DNA from: an uncultured bacterium
GTDB lineage: Bacteria > Schekmanbacteria > GWA2-38-11 > J061
Length of the DNA stretch: 64,000 bases
Assembly: GCA_964549305.1 (NCBI GenBank)
Contig: CAZJVM010000004.1
Coordinates: 6,738 to 70,737, forward strand
Direction of reading: 5' to 3'
In this document: one piece after another, positions 11,679-21,881 of the stretch
Position numbering within the stretch: the first letter of the stretch is position 1
Layout: each line of letters opens with the position of its first letter
The notes under the pieces: generated by a model
The model's input: only the letters and a program-made list of their open reading frames with translations
The model's database searches: none
What the model was told of the DNA's origin: nothing
Program-made: the position numbers and the translations under genes

Positions 11679-12377
11679 ATGACCTTTCTTCAGCATCTTG
11701 AAGAACTCAGAAAGCGGCTCATACATGTCATTTTGTATATAATTGTCGGTTTCACGGGATGCTACGGTTTTTCAAAGACACTGTTCAATATCGTAATCAC
11801 TCCGTTAAGCTCGGTTCTCAACGCGGACCAAAAACTCGTTTTTACAAGCCCGACACAACCTTTCATCGTTTATTTAAAAATAAGCGCCATAATGGGAGCA
11901 TTTTTTGCGTTCCCCTTTATCTTTTATGAAATATGGAGATTTGTCGCCCCGGGGCTTTATAAAAAAGAAAAGGTGTACGGTATAGTTTTTCTGATTTTTT
12001 CCTGTATTTTTTTTATAGGAGGATCTTCATTCGCATATTTTCTTCTTCTGCCCTACTGCTTTAAATTTCTACTGAGCTACGGCGGTGATTTCATTCCCAT
12101 GCTCACGATTAAAGAAGCTCTATCTACAGTGGCAACACTGCTTTTTGCTTTCGGAATTTCCTTTGAGCTTCCGGTTTTCATTGTAATAATAGCCAAGGTT
12201 GGGTTAATCTCAATTGAATCGTTGAAGAAGGGAAGACCTTATGTAATACTAATATTATTCGCTCTCGCGGCAATGATCACTCCTCCTGATATAATATCAC
12301 AGATAGCCCTTGCAATACCTATGTACATTCTATATGAATTTAGTATTATACTGGTAAGGTTTCTAGTTAAAAAATAA
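11679..12377 (+). CDS. tatC: Twin-arginine translocase TatC
   Basis: MTFLQHLEELRKRL, YEIWRFVAPGLY, AFGISFELP, ITPPD. Start is 11679 (alternative 11640). Confidence 0.97.
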   Translation: MTFLQHLEELRKRLIHVILYIIVGFTGCYGFSKTLFNIVITPLSSVLNADQKLVFTSPTQPFIVYLKISAIMGAFFAFPFIFYEIWRFVAPGLYKKEKVYGIVFLIFSCIFFIGGSSFAYFLLLPYCFKFLLSYGGDFIPMLTIKEALSTVATLLFAFGISFELPVFIVIIAKVGLISIESLKKGRPYVILILFALAAMITPPDIISQIALAIPMYILYEFSIILVRFLVKK

Positions 12378-12398
12378 CTGTTTCCGAAAGAACAAAAA

Positions 12399-14258
12399 AT
12401 GAAATATCGCGTAATTATAACTATTCTGATATCAGTAGTTTCATTATTATGTTCCTGCTCAACAGCAAAGAAAGAGATACCGGCAAGCAAAGAAACGCCT
12501 GTCCTGAAGGAAAATACCGTTTATAGTTTTCTGCTCTCTGAAATTTTCTATACCAACGGAGATTACAAAGAATCTATAAATTCATTGACCGAAGCTTTAA
12601 AGAGCGACCCTCTTTCATCATACCTGAACTCAAAACTCGCATATCTTTACGTTGAAACGGGAAACATTGAAAAAGCGGGGGAAAAAGCCGATGAAGCATT
12701 TACTAAATACACAGACTCCATTAGCGTCCTTTACAACATTGGGGAAGTATATTCACGGATAAACCGCGTATCGCAAGCTGAAGAAGTATACAAAAGAATT
12801 ATCCAGCTGAAACCGGATGAAGTTCGCGCTTATATGATTCTCAGTCTTCTTTATAACAGCGTAAATCAAACCGAAAAAATGGAGGCAATTTATCAAAAAC
12901 TCATCAAGACAAAACCTTCCATAGGTTATTACTATCTCGGAATCATACAGGCAGAGCAGAAAAAATACGAAGAGGCAATGACATCTTTCAGAAAATCGAT
13001 AGAAATCAATCCCTACTTCGAATCCGCTTTTTATAATCTCGTAAAGACTTATTCCGTTCTCAATTACGGCAACGAATCTGAAAGCTTTTATAAAGATCTT
13101 TTAAAAATAAATCCCGAAAGTCTTGCCGCGCAAAAATCTCTTGCACTCTTCTATGTAGGAAATAAAGAATATGACAAGGGACTCAGAATCCTTCTTCAAC
13201 TTGAATACAAACTTCCCCAAGATCCTTCCGTTTCATCAAATATCGGACTGATTTACCTGAATAAGAAAGAGTTTGAAACATCGGTAAAATACTTTAAAAA
13301 CGCGCTTCTCATAAACCCTTTCGACAACGCGACAAGAATCAATCTCATAACATCCCTTGAAGCTCTGAAGAGATTTGAAGAGGCTCTTTCAGAGGTGAAA
13401 AACATACTCGAAGCAAATCCAAGATTTGTAGTGGCGCTTCTGCACGAGAGCTTGATTTACGGAGAATTAGAAAAACACGACCTTGCAATTCAATCTGCTG
13501 AAAAAGCTCTCGCTGCCGATTCGGGAAATCCCAATATACTCTTCTATCTCGGGCGCGCTCAGTTTGACGGGGACAAATATAGAGAAGCTATCGAAACCTT
13601 TAAAACCGTCCTGAAAACCGATCCCGAAAATGCAGAGTATCATTTTTATCTCGCCTCTTCATATGATAAATTGAAAAATTATGAAGAGACGGTTAAGGAA
13701 CTTCACAAGGCAATTGAATTTGATGAAAACTTTGCTTCCGCGTATAATTATCTGGGATATCTTTTTGCCGACAAGGGAATCAACCTTGACGAAGCCAAGT
13801 CGCTTATTGAAAAAGCTTTGGATATAGAACCGGAAAACGGATATTATCTCGATAGCCTCGGTTGGGTTTACTACAGAAAAGGCAATTATGAAAAAGCCCT
13901 TTCCCTAATACAAAAAGCAATTGAAATAACTCCCGATGACTCCGTGATTGCCGAACATCTCGGCGATATATATCTTGCGAAGGGAAAAACCAATGAAGCT
14001 ATTTCAGTATGGGAAAAGAGGTTAAAAGTTGATCCGAAAAATGCGCAAATCAGGAAAAAACTTCTCGAGATAAAATCAAAAACCAGAAAATATATCGTAA
14101 AAGAAGGCGACACGCTTTCATCCATTGCCGCAAAACCGGATGTGTTAAATGACGCCGGTAAATGGAAAGAGCTTTACGATTTCAACAGTGAAATTATTAC
14201 CAATCCCGATTCCCTGTCCCCAGGTCTCGAGCTTATGATACCGGGAAATTCTTCCTGA
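12399..14258 (+). CDS. TPR-repeat lipoprotein with C-terminal LysM domain
   Basis: Lipobox-like LLCSC, many TPRs (YNYLGYLFAD, YLDSLGWVYY, EHLGDIY), C-terminal YIVKEGDTLSSIA...W..LYDFN...I.NPD.L.PG.EL.IP. Confidence 0.85.
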   Translation: MKYRVIITILISVVSLLCSCSTAKKEIPASKETPVLKENTVYSFLLSEIFYTNGDYKESINSLTEALKSDPLSSYLNSKLAYLYVETGNIEKAGEKADEAFTKYTDSISVLYNIGEVYSRINRVSQAEEVYKRIIQLKPDEVRAYMILSLLYNSVNQTEKMEAIYQKLIKTKPSIGYYYLGIIQAEQKKYEEAMTSFRKSIEINPYFESAFYNLVKTYSVLNYGNESESFYKDLLKINPESLAAQKSLALFYVGNKEYDKGLRILLQLEYKLPQDPSVSSNIGLIYLNKKEFETSVKYFKNALLINPFDNATRINLITSLEALKRFEEALSEVKNILEANPRFVVALLHESLIYGELEKHDLAIQSAEKALAADSGNPNILFYLGRAQFDGDKYREAIETFKTVLKTDPENAEYHFYLASSYDKLKNYEETVKELHKAIEFDENFASAYNYLGYLFADKGINLDEAKSLIEKALDIEPENGYYLDSLGWVYYRKGNYEKALSLIQKAIEITPDDSVIAEHLGDIYLAKGKTNEAISVWEKRLKVDPKNAQIRKKLLEIKSKTRKYIVKEGDTLSSIAAKPDVLNDAGKWKELYDFNSEIITNPDSLSPGLELMIPGNSS

Positions 14259-15456
14259 ACTTTTTATTTTTAGTTACCGATTCCACTTCATCAATTAATG
14301 TATGAATGGGAATATCCTTCTTTTTTGCCAGCTTTTTCACGCTCTCGTATTCGGGAGATACTTTAATAATATCTTTTCCCGTGATGCCAACCTTCACGTC
14401 TACTTTTCCGTATTTGGTCGAAACGGATACAATCTTCCTTTCAAGAGTAATCCTTCCCGCTTCATAAAAGCGCACACCGAATGTGGTAGTTTCCCTTAGC
14501 AATATATCGGCAAGTGAATCAAGCTTTTCCCTTTCACATATGAGAGAAATCTTTATTGCCGGACGGCTTTTTTTCATCATAACCGCAGTAAACCACACAT
14601 CGAGAGCGCCTTCTGAAAAAAGCTTTTCCATTACATACTCAAAACTTTGAGGGTCTTGGTCATCTATGTTGGTTTCAATAACCATTACCTCGCCGGACAA
14701 AAATACATTTTCGTCGCTTTCGCCGGTATCCATTATTACCGCTCTCAGCACATTTGCCCTCTCCCGTGCATCTTTCGAACCGGCGCCGTATCCCGCAGAT
14801 ATGACTTTACCGGAAGGCATACTTCCGTATCCGCCGCATAACACCTTCAGAAGCGCCGCACCTGTAGGTGTAGTCAATTCACCGGCATCGTAAGTCCCGT
14901 AAGTCGGTATCCCTTTTAGAATTTCCAATGTGGCAGGCGCCGGTACGGGATAAACACCGTGTGAAATTTTAATTGTCCCTCCGCCTAAATTAACAGGAGA
15001 AGATATGACATTATCAATACCTAAAAATTGAAGCCCCGCGACTGCGGCGGTAATATCCACAATAGAATCAATTGCTCCGATTTCATGAAAATGAACTTCA
15101 TTTATTTCTTTTCCGTGAATTTTCGCTTCCGCCCCGGCAACTGCGGTAAAAATATCCATACACAGGGAAACCGTTTTCCCGGGCAATTTCGATTTTGCGT
15201 AAATCTTTTTTATATCACTCAGAGTTCTGTATTTTTTCCCTTTGACTTTCTCTCTTACATTGAAATTAACCGAAGAGATTCCGCGTCTCATTACGCGCCT
15301 GGACGAAAGCGCAGTTTCCCCCGGAATAACCTTTTCAATTTCGGAGCGAACCTTTCCTATTCCAAATCCAAGGTCAATCAGCGCCGCGCAAAACATATCA
15401 CCGCTTATTCCCGAAAAACATTGCAGATATAAAGTTTTATCAGGTTTTTTCATCAA
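14233..15456 (-). CDS. larC: LarC family nickel-insertion protein
   Basis: FSGISGDMF, VHFHEIGAIDSIVDI, PVPAPATLEIL, ELTTPTGAALL, ETNIDD, MKKSRP, ETTTFGVR. Confidence 0.93.
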   Translation of the reverse strand: MMKKPDKTLYLQCFSGISGDMFCAALIDLGFGIGKVRSEIEKVIPGETALSSRRVMRRGISSVNFNVREKVKGKKYRTLSDIKKIYAKSKLPGKTVSLCMDIFTAVAGAEAKIHGKEINEVHFHEIGAIDSIVDITAAVAGLQFLGIDNVISSPVNLGGGTIKISHGVYPVPAPATLEILKGIPTYGTYDAGELTTPTGAALLKVLCGGYGSMPSGKVISAGYGAGSKDARERANVLRAVIMDTGESDENVFLSGEVMVIETNIDDQDPQSFEYVMEKLFSEGALDVWFTAVMMKKSRPAIKISLICEREKLDSLADILLRETTTFGVRFYEAGRITLERKIVSVSTKYGKVDVKVGITGKDIIKVSPEYESVKKLAKKKDIPIHTLIDEVESVTKNKKFRKNFPVS

Positions 15457-15475
15457 TATCCTCTTTATAAGGCGA

Positions 15476-16795
15476 TCAATCTCTGAAAAGATTAAAAAGA
15501 AGTCCCGTCAAAAGTTTGGGATAAAAAAATGTGGATTTTTGCGGCATCCTCAATCCCTTACCCGCCACAGACTTCACAGCTTCCACAGGCGTTGAATTCA
15601 TAAGAAATGCCGCCTGATAATCTCCATTTTTCAACAGTCTTATCGCCCTGTCCCAATCCTTGATATATTTCACATTACTCTGATTTCTCAAACTTTCCTC
15701 GTCAATTCCAAGAAAGGTTTCAAGGATTACCTTATGCAGTATTGAAACATCAAGATTTTTCAGCTCTTCCGGAAAAGACGATTCAAAGTACTTGTCAATT
15801 TCCTTGTGGCTTTTCAGCGTAAGGATATATGCATTGCCCGATTCTCTGAAAACTGCCGCAAAGGATAACTGTTTTTTGCCCACTTCTTCAAGATTGCCGG
15901 ACAGCTCTTTTTCCCATCCTTCGCAATCTGCGGGAACGATATCAAAAGCGCTTTTAATTTTTTCCAAAAACCCGTCTTCTTCAAAACCATTAACACTGTG
16001 CACAAGCCTATGAATTGGAAGCACGGCAAGGCCTTCATTATGAGTATTCACGAACATCATCATCACATAGTTATAGGGCTCATCTCCTGTGTGATTGGGG
16101 TTTTTCTCCTTCATTTCATTCATATAGTTCACTGCCGTTTCATAGCGATGGTGTCCGTCTGCAATAAAGAGCTTTTTATCGGACATCTCTTTTTTGATCC
16201 CCTTCAGAACATGGGGAGAAGTAATCTGCCAGAGACAGTTTTTGATACCGTTTTCATCTACAAAATCGAAGACAGGCGCTTCCGGTTTCCCCGATGCCAG
16301 AAGCTCGTCAACCTTCTTTTCGCTGTCTGAAAAAAGTGAAAAAACCTGACATAAATTACCACCGCAGGCGCGCATTAACCTCAATCTGTCTTCCTTGGGT
16401 TTGGAAAGCGTATTCTCGTGCGGAAAAATATTTTCTTTTCCCGGTTCTTCCAAAGCCACAAGTCCGATAAAACCGCTTCTGTTCATTACCGTGCCGTCTG
16501 CAAGAGTAAATTCCTGTTCGTATAAATAAATCGAATCCTCATCGTGTCTTTTAATGACCCCTTCATTAATCCAGTCGTTTAGAAAAGCCGATGCCCTCGT
16601 GTATCTGTTATCAGCATCATTATCGCCTTCAAAAATCTTCCCCAGTACCAGGCGCACTACATTATGCTCTTCATTGGCATATAAAGTCTCCTGCGACTCA
16701 TCGTTAATCACATCATAGGGAGGTGCCACTACCTTTGCGATATCAACAACTTTTCCATCATAGTAAAAACCTCTAAATGCCTTGATTTCAGTCAT
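15476..16795 (-). CDS. DUF1015 family protein
   Basis: IKAFRG, APPYDVI, IFPHENTL, IADGHHRYETA, MPQKSTFFYPKL. Start inferred at 16795, overlapping the upstream stop. Confidence 0.92.
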   Translation of the reverse strand: MTEIKAFRGFYYDGKVVDIAKVVAPPYDVINDESQETLYANEEHNVVRLVLGKIFEGDNDADNRYTRASAFLNDWINEGVIKRHDEDSIYLYEQEFTLADGTVMNRSGFIGLVALEEPGKENIFPHENTLSKPKEDRLRLMRACGGNLCQVFSLFSDSEKKVDELLASGKPEAPVFDFVDENGIKNCLWQITSPHVLKGIKKEMSDKKLFIADGHHRYETAVNYMNEMKEKNPNHTGDEPYNYVMMMFVNTHNEGLAVLPIHRLVHSVNGFEEDGFLEKIKSAFDIVPADCEGWEKELSGNLEEVGKKQLSFAAVFRESGNAYILTLKSHKEIDKYFESSFPEELKNLDVSILHKVILETFLGIDEESLRNQSNVKYIKDWDRAIRLLKNGDYQAAFLMNSTPVEAVKSVAGKGLRMPQKSTFFYPKLLTGLLFNLFRD

Positions 16796-18566
16796 TTTCT
16801 TCGTTCTCCGGTTTGAACTCCATAAATTGTCCTCCAAATACTTTTATAAAAAAAGGTTGTTTTTCTATTTTTCCGTTTCCATACATTGAAAAAAAACCCG
16901 AAACTCCTTCATAATCTCTGATTCTTGAAAGCTTTTTTCTTAAATCTTTGCGCCCTCTTACCCTTTTTTTAAGTTCTTTTAGAATCAACATATATGAATC
17001 ATATCCCGTTGCCCCATACACATTCGGAGTGGCATCATATAACTGTCTGTATCTGGTTATAAAATCCTGTCTTTCCGCGTTATCACCCCACACAGAAAAA
17101 GAATCGGTAAAAACCGCGCCTTCTATTTCAGCTTTTTCAAGGACTATCTCGAGGAGTCTTTGGGGATTACCGCGAGGGTCGTATTTTCCCGAATCCCATC
17201 CGTTGCTTCCGTAAATCTGAAATCCTCCCATATCGTTATATGGAAGCTGGGGAATTATAAATCCCGCTTTGTCAAAATCGCAAGGCAAATAAATTGTATC
17301 AATAACACCTCCGCTTTCAAGATAAGAATACAGCTTCTTTACATAAGGTGAAAAATCAGTTGTTGCCGAAGGGTATGTAATATCGATTTTCACTTTGCTT
17401 CCGATTTCCTCTATTTTCTTCGTAAAAAGCTCAGAAAGTTTTTGGCCGTAAAAATCATCGCCGTGCAAAATCGCGATATCCTCCGCAAGACCGTCTTTTA
17501 CGGCAAACTCCGCAATGGCAGCAGCTTCAGCTTCGGGCAAAAGGCAGTTTCTGAAAACGTAAGGTGACAACCCCTCGATATAATCAGCGTCTGCCGTGGG
17601 AGAAATTAAGGGAAGGTCGTATTTATCGGCGAGAGGCGAGCATGCCTTCACGCAGGCACTTCTCAAAGGGCCTATCACAGCAACTACACTTACATTGTTT
17701 GCAAGCTCTTCAAAAGCAGCTGATGCATTTTCGGGAATGCCCGCCGAATCCTTGAAAATTAGCTCTGTCTGCTGATATCCTTCCATTTCCGAGCGAATAA
17801 TCTGCGCTGTTATTATTCCGTTTCTAACATATTCGCCGAAGTCTGACAGTTTTCCCGAAAGAGGCAGAATACATCCTATTGCCGTAACCGTCCCCTTCTT
17901 CTGCCTTTCTCTAATGATTTCCCTTAATTCGTCTGCCCTCTTTCTGCCGGGAAAGGCATCATTATATCTTTCAAAGGTTTTTCTGCTTCCCGCGATATCT
18001 CCGCTTAAAGCTTTCTGCTTTACGAGATTGTAAAGCGCTTCTTCGGCAAAAACGGTCCCTTCATACCTTTCCGCTATCCCCTTTAACTCCCCTTCGTTGA
18101 GTTTCTCCGAAATAACGCCTATTGTTTTCCCTTTGATTTTTTCCTGATATCTCTTTTCATAAAAATCAAGAGACCTTATATACTTTTCCACGGCTTTCAA
18201 ATTTTCATCGCCTGAAAGATAAATATCCCCAAGAATCTCGAACTTCCTGCCCGCAATAAAGCTTTCGGCTTCCGATTCTCTTATTTTTTCGGCAAATGCC
18301 CGGGACTTGGTGAAGTTACTCCGTTCTAAATATTCCTCGGCAATGACAATGGTAAGCCTGTCTATTCTTTTGTCACCGGGTTTGGCGGATTTGAGTCTTG
18401 CAAGATAAGATTCTGCTTCTTCGAATTGCCCTTTTCGTGCGGCATCTATGCCTTTGGAGTAGTAAGTGCGCTCTTTGACCGGTATTATTTTACAGGAATC
18501 GAGCATAATTAACGCGGCAAAAAGAGTAAAAACAATCCCTGTTATTTTAAATAATTGTTTTTTCAT
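16788..18566 (-). CDS. LpoA/LppC-like lipoprotein (TPR + periplasmic binding protein type 1 domain)
   Basis: Lipobox LDSC, helical repeats, then IGCILPLSG...VIGPL...YVFRN...GYDS...GVSGFFSM. Confidence 0.8.
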   Translation of the reverse strand: MKKQLFKITGIVFTLFAALIMLDSCKIIPVKERTYYSKGIDAARKGQFEEAESYLARLKSAKPGDKRIDRLTIVIAEEYLERSNFTKSRAFAEKIRESEAESFIAGRKFEILGDIYLSGDENLKAVEKYIRSLDFYEKRYQEKIKGKTIGVISEKLNEGELKGIAERYEGTVFAEEALYNLVKQKALSGDIAGSRKTFERYNDAFPGRKRADELREIIRERQKKGTVTAIGCILPLSGKLSDFGEYVRNGIITAQIIRSEMEGYQQTELIFKDSAGIPENASAAFEELANNVSVVAVIGPLRSACVKACSPLADKYDLPLISPTADADYIEGLSPYVFRNCLLPEAEAAAIAEFAVKDGLAEDIAILHGDDFYGQKLSELFTKKIEEIGSKVKIDITYPSATTDFSPYVKKLYSYLESGGVIDTIYLPCDFDKAGFIIPQLPYNDMGGFQIYGSNGWDSGKYDPRGNPQRLLEIVLEKAEIEGAVFTDSFSVWGDNAERQDFITRYRQLYDATPNVYGATGYDSYMLILKELKKRVRGRKDLRKKLSRIRDYEGVSGFFSMYGNGKIEKQPFFIKVFGGQFMEFKPENEEND

Positions 18567-18607
18567 AAGATTCCTCATTACATCTGAAGGATTTTAATGA
18601 GAGGTGA

Positions 18608-18637
18608 TTAATACTTCAGAAAAACGCCTATTGTCAA
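18608..18637 (-). promoter_or_regulatory. Putative sigma70 promoter for the LpoA-like/DUF1015/larC operon
   Basis: Minus strand TTGACA-N18-TATTAA, about 40 nt upstream of ATG 18566. Confidence 0.5.
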
Positions 18638-18931
18638 TAAAGAATGCGTATTTCGGTCAGGAGAAGACTGCGCGCCTCCGGAAGTGCCCGGAAAATCCGT
18701 TGAATTTGTAGTACCTGCCACATATGTAAAACCGTCTGATGAAACGGCTATACAGGAAGCCTTGTCTTTCCTGCTTTCTCCGAAGTATGAAAAATAAGCA
18801 ACGGCAGGGTCGCCTGTAAGGGAAGATAATTTGCCATAAGGAACAACATTAAAAGCGTAACCGGGAAACAACAGCATCAATGAAAAAAATGCTATAAAAA
18901 GAAAAAATTTTGTCCACCACTGCTTTTTTTG
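18608..18931 (-). pseudogene. Remnant of a secreted SBBP (beta-propeller repeat) protein
   Basis: Signal-peptide-like KKQWWTKFFLFIAFFSLMLLFPGYA preceded by in-frame TAA (18932-18934), then one SBBP-like repeat (YFSYFGESRKDKASCIAVSSDGFTYVAGTTNSTDFP) and an abrupt end. Confidence 0.6.
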
Positions 18932-19107
18932 TTAAAATTAGTTGACGCCGCCGAGGGGGAAAAAATAGAAAAACAAACTGTTGTTGTCAACATTAAATAT
19001 CTTTACGCAGAAGTAAATTCTCTTGCCTTTTGAAAAGACTGTATGATAGTTTGATGCAAATTTTTGATGGTTATCTCTCTATTATACGAAACCTTTAAGA
19101 CACAGAG

Positions 19108-19671
19108 ATGAAGATAGCAAAAGACATTGAAATACTCGATGCCCACGGCCTTAAAAGAACCATCACCAGAATTACTCACCAAATCCTCGAAAACAGCAAA
19201 GGCGCAAAAGAGCTTGCAATAATCGGAATGCGTACCAGAGGAGTGTTCATTGCCGAAAGAATAGTAAAGTTAATCAAAAAAAATGAAAAAATCGATGTGC
19301 CTCTCGGCATCATAGATACGACCTTTTACAGAGACGATATCGGGCTTAAAGGCCCAAATTTCGAAATAAAGAAAACTGAAATCGATTTTCCCCTTGAGGG
19401 CAAAACCATCGTTCTTGTCGATGATGTCCTCTACACGGGAAGGACAGTAAGGTCCGCTCTCGATGCAATAATGGACATAGGACGTCCCGCGTGCATCAGG
19501 CTTGCCGTATTGATCGACAGGGGAAACAGGGAATTGCCCATAGAAGCAAACTTTATAGGATGCTTCGTCCCCACTACGAGGGATGAAAGCATACAGGTAA
19601 AACTCAAGGAAACTGATAAAAAAGACAAAGTACTGCTCTGCAGAAACGAAACATATGGCAAGAATAAATAA
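19108..19671 (+). CDS. pyrR: PyrR pyrimidine regulator / uracil phosphoribosyltransferase
   Basis: RITHQILE, IGMRTRG, TFYRDD, VLVDDVLYTGRT, IDRGNRELPI. Confidence 0.96.
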   Translation: MKIAKDIEILDAHGLKRTITRITHQILENSKGAKELAIIGMRTRGVFIAERIVKLIKKNEKIDVPLGIIDTTFYRDDIGLKGPNFEIKKTEIDFPLEGKTIVLVDDVLYTGRTVRSALDAIMDIGRPACIRLAVLIDRGNRELPIEANFIGCFVPTTRDESIQVKLKETDKKDKVLLCRNETYGKNK

Positions 19672-20602
19672 AAGAAAGCATTTTCTCGGGATAAAGGAAC
19701 TTACCAAAAAGGATATTGAAACAGTCCTTCAAACCGCAGAAGCACTAAAGGAAGTTTCGAAAAGAGACATAAAAAAAGTTCCGGCACTGAGGGGCAGAAC
19801 GATAATAAATCTCTTTTATGAACCAAGCACGAGAACAAGGACATCATTCGAACTTGCCGCAAAAAGACTGAGCGCGGACTACCTAAGTATTTCAGTTGCC
19901 ACCAGCAGTGTCCTCAAGGGCGAAACCCTGAAAGACACGGCAAAAAATATACAGGCAATGAACCCCGATATTATAATCATCAGACATCCTCATTCAGGCG
20001 CGCCGAGAATGCTTACCGAGTGTATAGACGCATCGGTGATAAATGCCGGAGACGGATGGCATGAGCATCCCTCACAAGCGCTTCTTGACCTTTTTACAAT
20101 TAGAGAAAAGAAAAAAAGAATAGAAGGTCTGAATGTTGCCATGGTTGGGGATATTACACACAGCAGAGTTGCAAGGTCGGATATATACGCGTTGACAAAG
20201 ATGGGGGCGAAGGTCACTCTTTCGGGCCCTCCCACATTAATTCCCGTGGAAGCGGAAAAACTCGGAGTGAAAGTTTGTTACGATTTTGAGAAGGTTTTGG
20301 AAAATGCCGATGTCATAATTATGCTTAGAATACAGCTTGAAAGAATAAAAGAAAATCTTTTCCCTTCTCACAGGGAATACGCGAAATTCTTCGGGCTTGA
20401 CCTCTTGAAAATGAAAAAAGCCAAAAAAGACGCTCTCATAATGCATCCCGGTCCCGTTAACAGGGGAATCGAACTTGCCCCTGAAGTTGCCGATTCTACC
20501 TATTCCGTAATTCTCGACCAGGTAACCAACGGAATCGCGGTAAGGATGGCAATGCTTTATCTGCTTCTCGGAGGAAAGGAAGAAGGTGGACTTACTAATT
20601 AA
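19655..20602 (+). CDS. pyrB: Aspartate carbamoyltransferase
   Basis: FYEPSTRTRTSF, NAGDGWHEHPSQAL, HSRVARS, MHPGPVNRG. Confidence 0.98.
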   Translation: MARINKRKHFLGIKELTKKDIETVLQTAEALKEVSKRDIKKVPALRGRTIINLFYEPSTRTRTSFELAAKRLSADYLSISVATSSVLKGETLKDTAKNIQAMNPDIIIIRHPHSGAPRMLTECIDASVINAGDGWHEHPSQALLDLFTIREKKKRIEGLNVAMVGDITHSRVARSDIYALTKMGAKVTLSGPPTLIPVEAEKLGVKVCYDFEKVLENADVIIMLRIQLERIKENLFPSHREYAKFFGLDLLKMKKAKKDALIMHPGPVNRGIELAPEVADSTYSVILDQVTNGIAVRMAMLYLLLGGKEEGGLTN

Positions 20603-21881
20603 AGACGGGAAGGTAATAGACCCTTCAATTAAAACAGACGCTAAAAGGGATATTCTCGTCTCCGCGGGAAAAATCAAAAAAATCTCCGATAAAATCAATT
20701 CTAAAAAAAGCGGAAAATCCTGTCGCGTTATCGATGCCCGGGGGCATTTGGTCGTACCGGGATTGATTGATATGCATACTCATTTAAGGGAACCGGGAAG
20801 AGAAGACGAGGAAACGATTGAAACAGCGTCAAACGCCGCTGTTTGGGGCGGATTTACATCAATAGTCGCAATGCCGAACACCGATCCCGTTAACGACAAC
20901 CGTTCAACTACGGAATTCATAATTAAAAAAGGCCGTGACATCGCTCTTGCGAATATATTCGCCATGGGGGCAATAACTAAATCGATGGAAGGCAGACAAC
21001 TGAGTGATATTGGCGAAATGGCTGAAGCGGGATGCATAGGATTCACGGAAGACGGAAAATCCGTAATGAATTCCCGAACTTTAAGACGGGCAATGGAATA
21101 TATGAAAATGTTCCATCTTCCCGCAATGTCACATTGTGAAGACCAAACTCTTTCAAATGAAGGGGTTATGCACGAAGGTTTTATGTCAACTGAGCTTGGC
21201 CTGGCGGGAATTCCCCGTGAAGCAGAGGAAATAATAGCGTCAAGAGATATCGCTCTTGCTAAAATGACAGGAGTGAACCTTCATATAACCCACGTAAGTT
21301 CGGCAGGGACAGTGGAAATAATCCGTCAGGCGAAGAAGAAAGGAATTAATGTTACCGCGGACGCGACTCCTCATCACTTCACGCTTTCAGACGACAGACT
21401 TAAAACATACAATACCAACCTCAAGATGAATCCTCCTCTTCGCACGAAAAAGGATATAAAGGCACTTATAAGGGGGTTCAAAGACGGAACTATAGACGCA
21501 ATCGCAACCGACCACGCGCCTCATCATTCAGCCGAAAAGGATGTGGAGTTCAACATTGCGCCTTTCGGAATTTTAGGGCTTCAAACCGCTCTTCCTCTTG
21601 CCCTGAAATTATATTATTCAAAAAAGCTTTCCCTAAACAGAGTGATAGAATTAATGACCTCATCACCTGCAAAAATTCTCAAATTAACCGGCAAAGGATC
21701 TCTTCGGGAAGGAAACGACGCGGATATAACGATTATTGACCCGAGTTTGGAGTACACCTTCAATAAAAGTGACATACAATCCCTCAGTCATAATTCACCG
21801 TTTATAGGATGGTCATTAAAGGGCAGGGCAGTGACCACGATTGTTGCCGGCAAAATAGCATACCGCCATCCGAAATGCTGA
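20586..21881 (+). CDS. pyrC: Dihydroorotase (type I, long form)
   Basis: PGLIDMHTHLREPG, MPNTDP, KMNPPLR, IATDHAPH. Confidence 0.97.
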   Translation: MDLLIKDGKVIDPSIKTDAKRDILVSAGKIKKISDKINSKKSGKSCRVIDARGHLVVPGLIDMHTHLREPGREDEETIETASNAAVWGGFTSIVAMPNTDPVNDNRSTTEFIIKKGRDIALANIFAMGAITKSMEGRQLSDIGEMAEAGCIGFTEDGKSVMNSRTLRRAMEYMKMFHLPAMSHCEDQTLSNEGVMHEGFMSTELGLAGIPREAEEIIASRDIALAKMTGVNLHITHVSSAGTVEIIRQAKKKGINVTADATPHHFTLSDDRLKTYNTNLKMNPPLRTKKDIKALIRGFKDGTIDAIATDHAPHHSAEKDVEFNIAPFGILGLQTALPLALKLYYSKKLSLNRVIELMTSSPAKILKLTGKGSLREGNDADITIIDPSLEYTFNKSDIQSLSHNSPFIGWSLKGRAVTTIVAGKIAYRHPKC

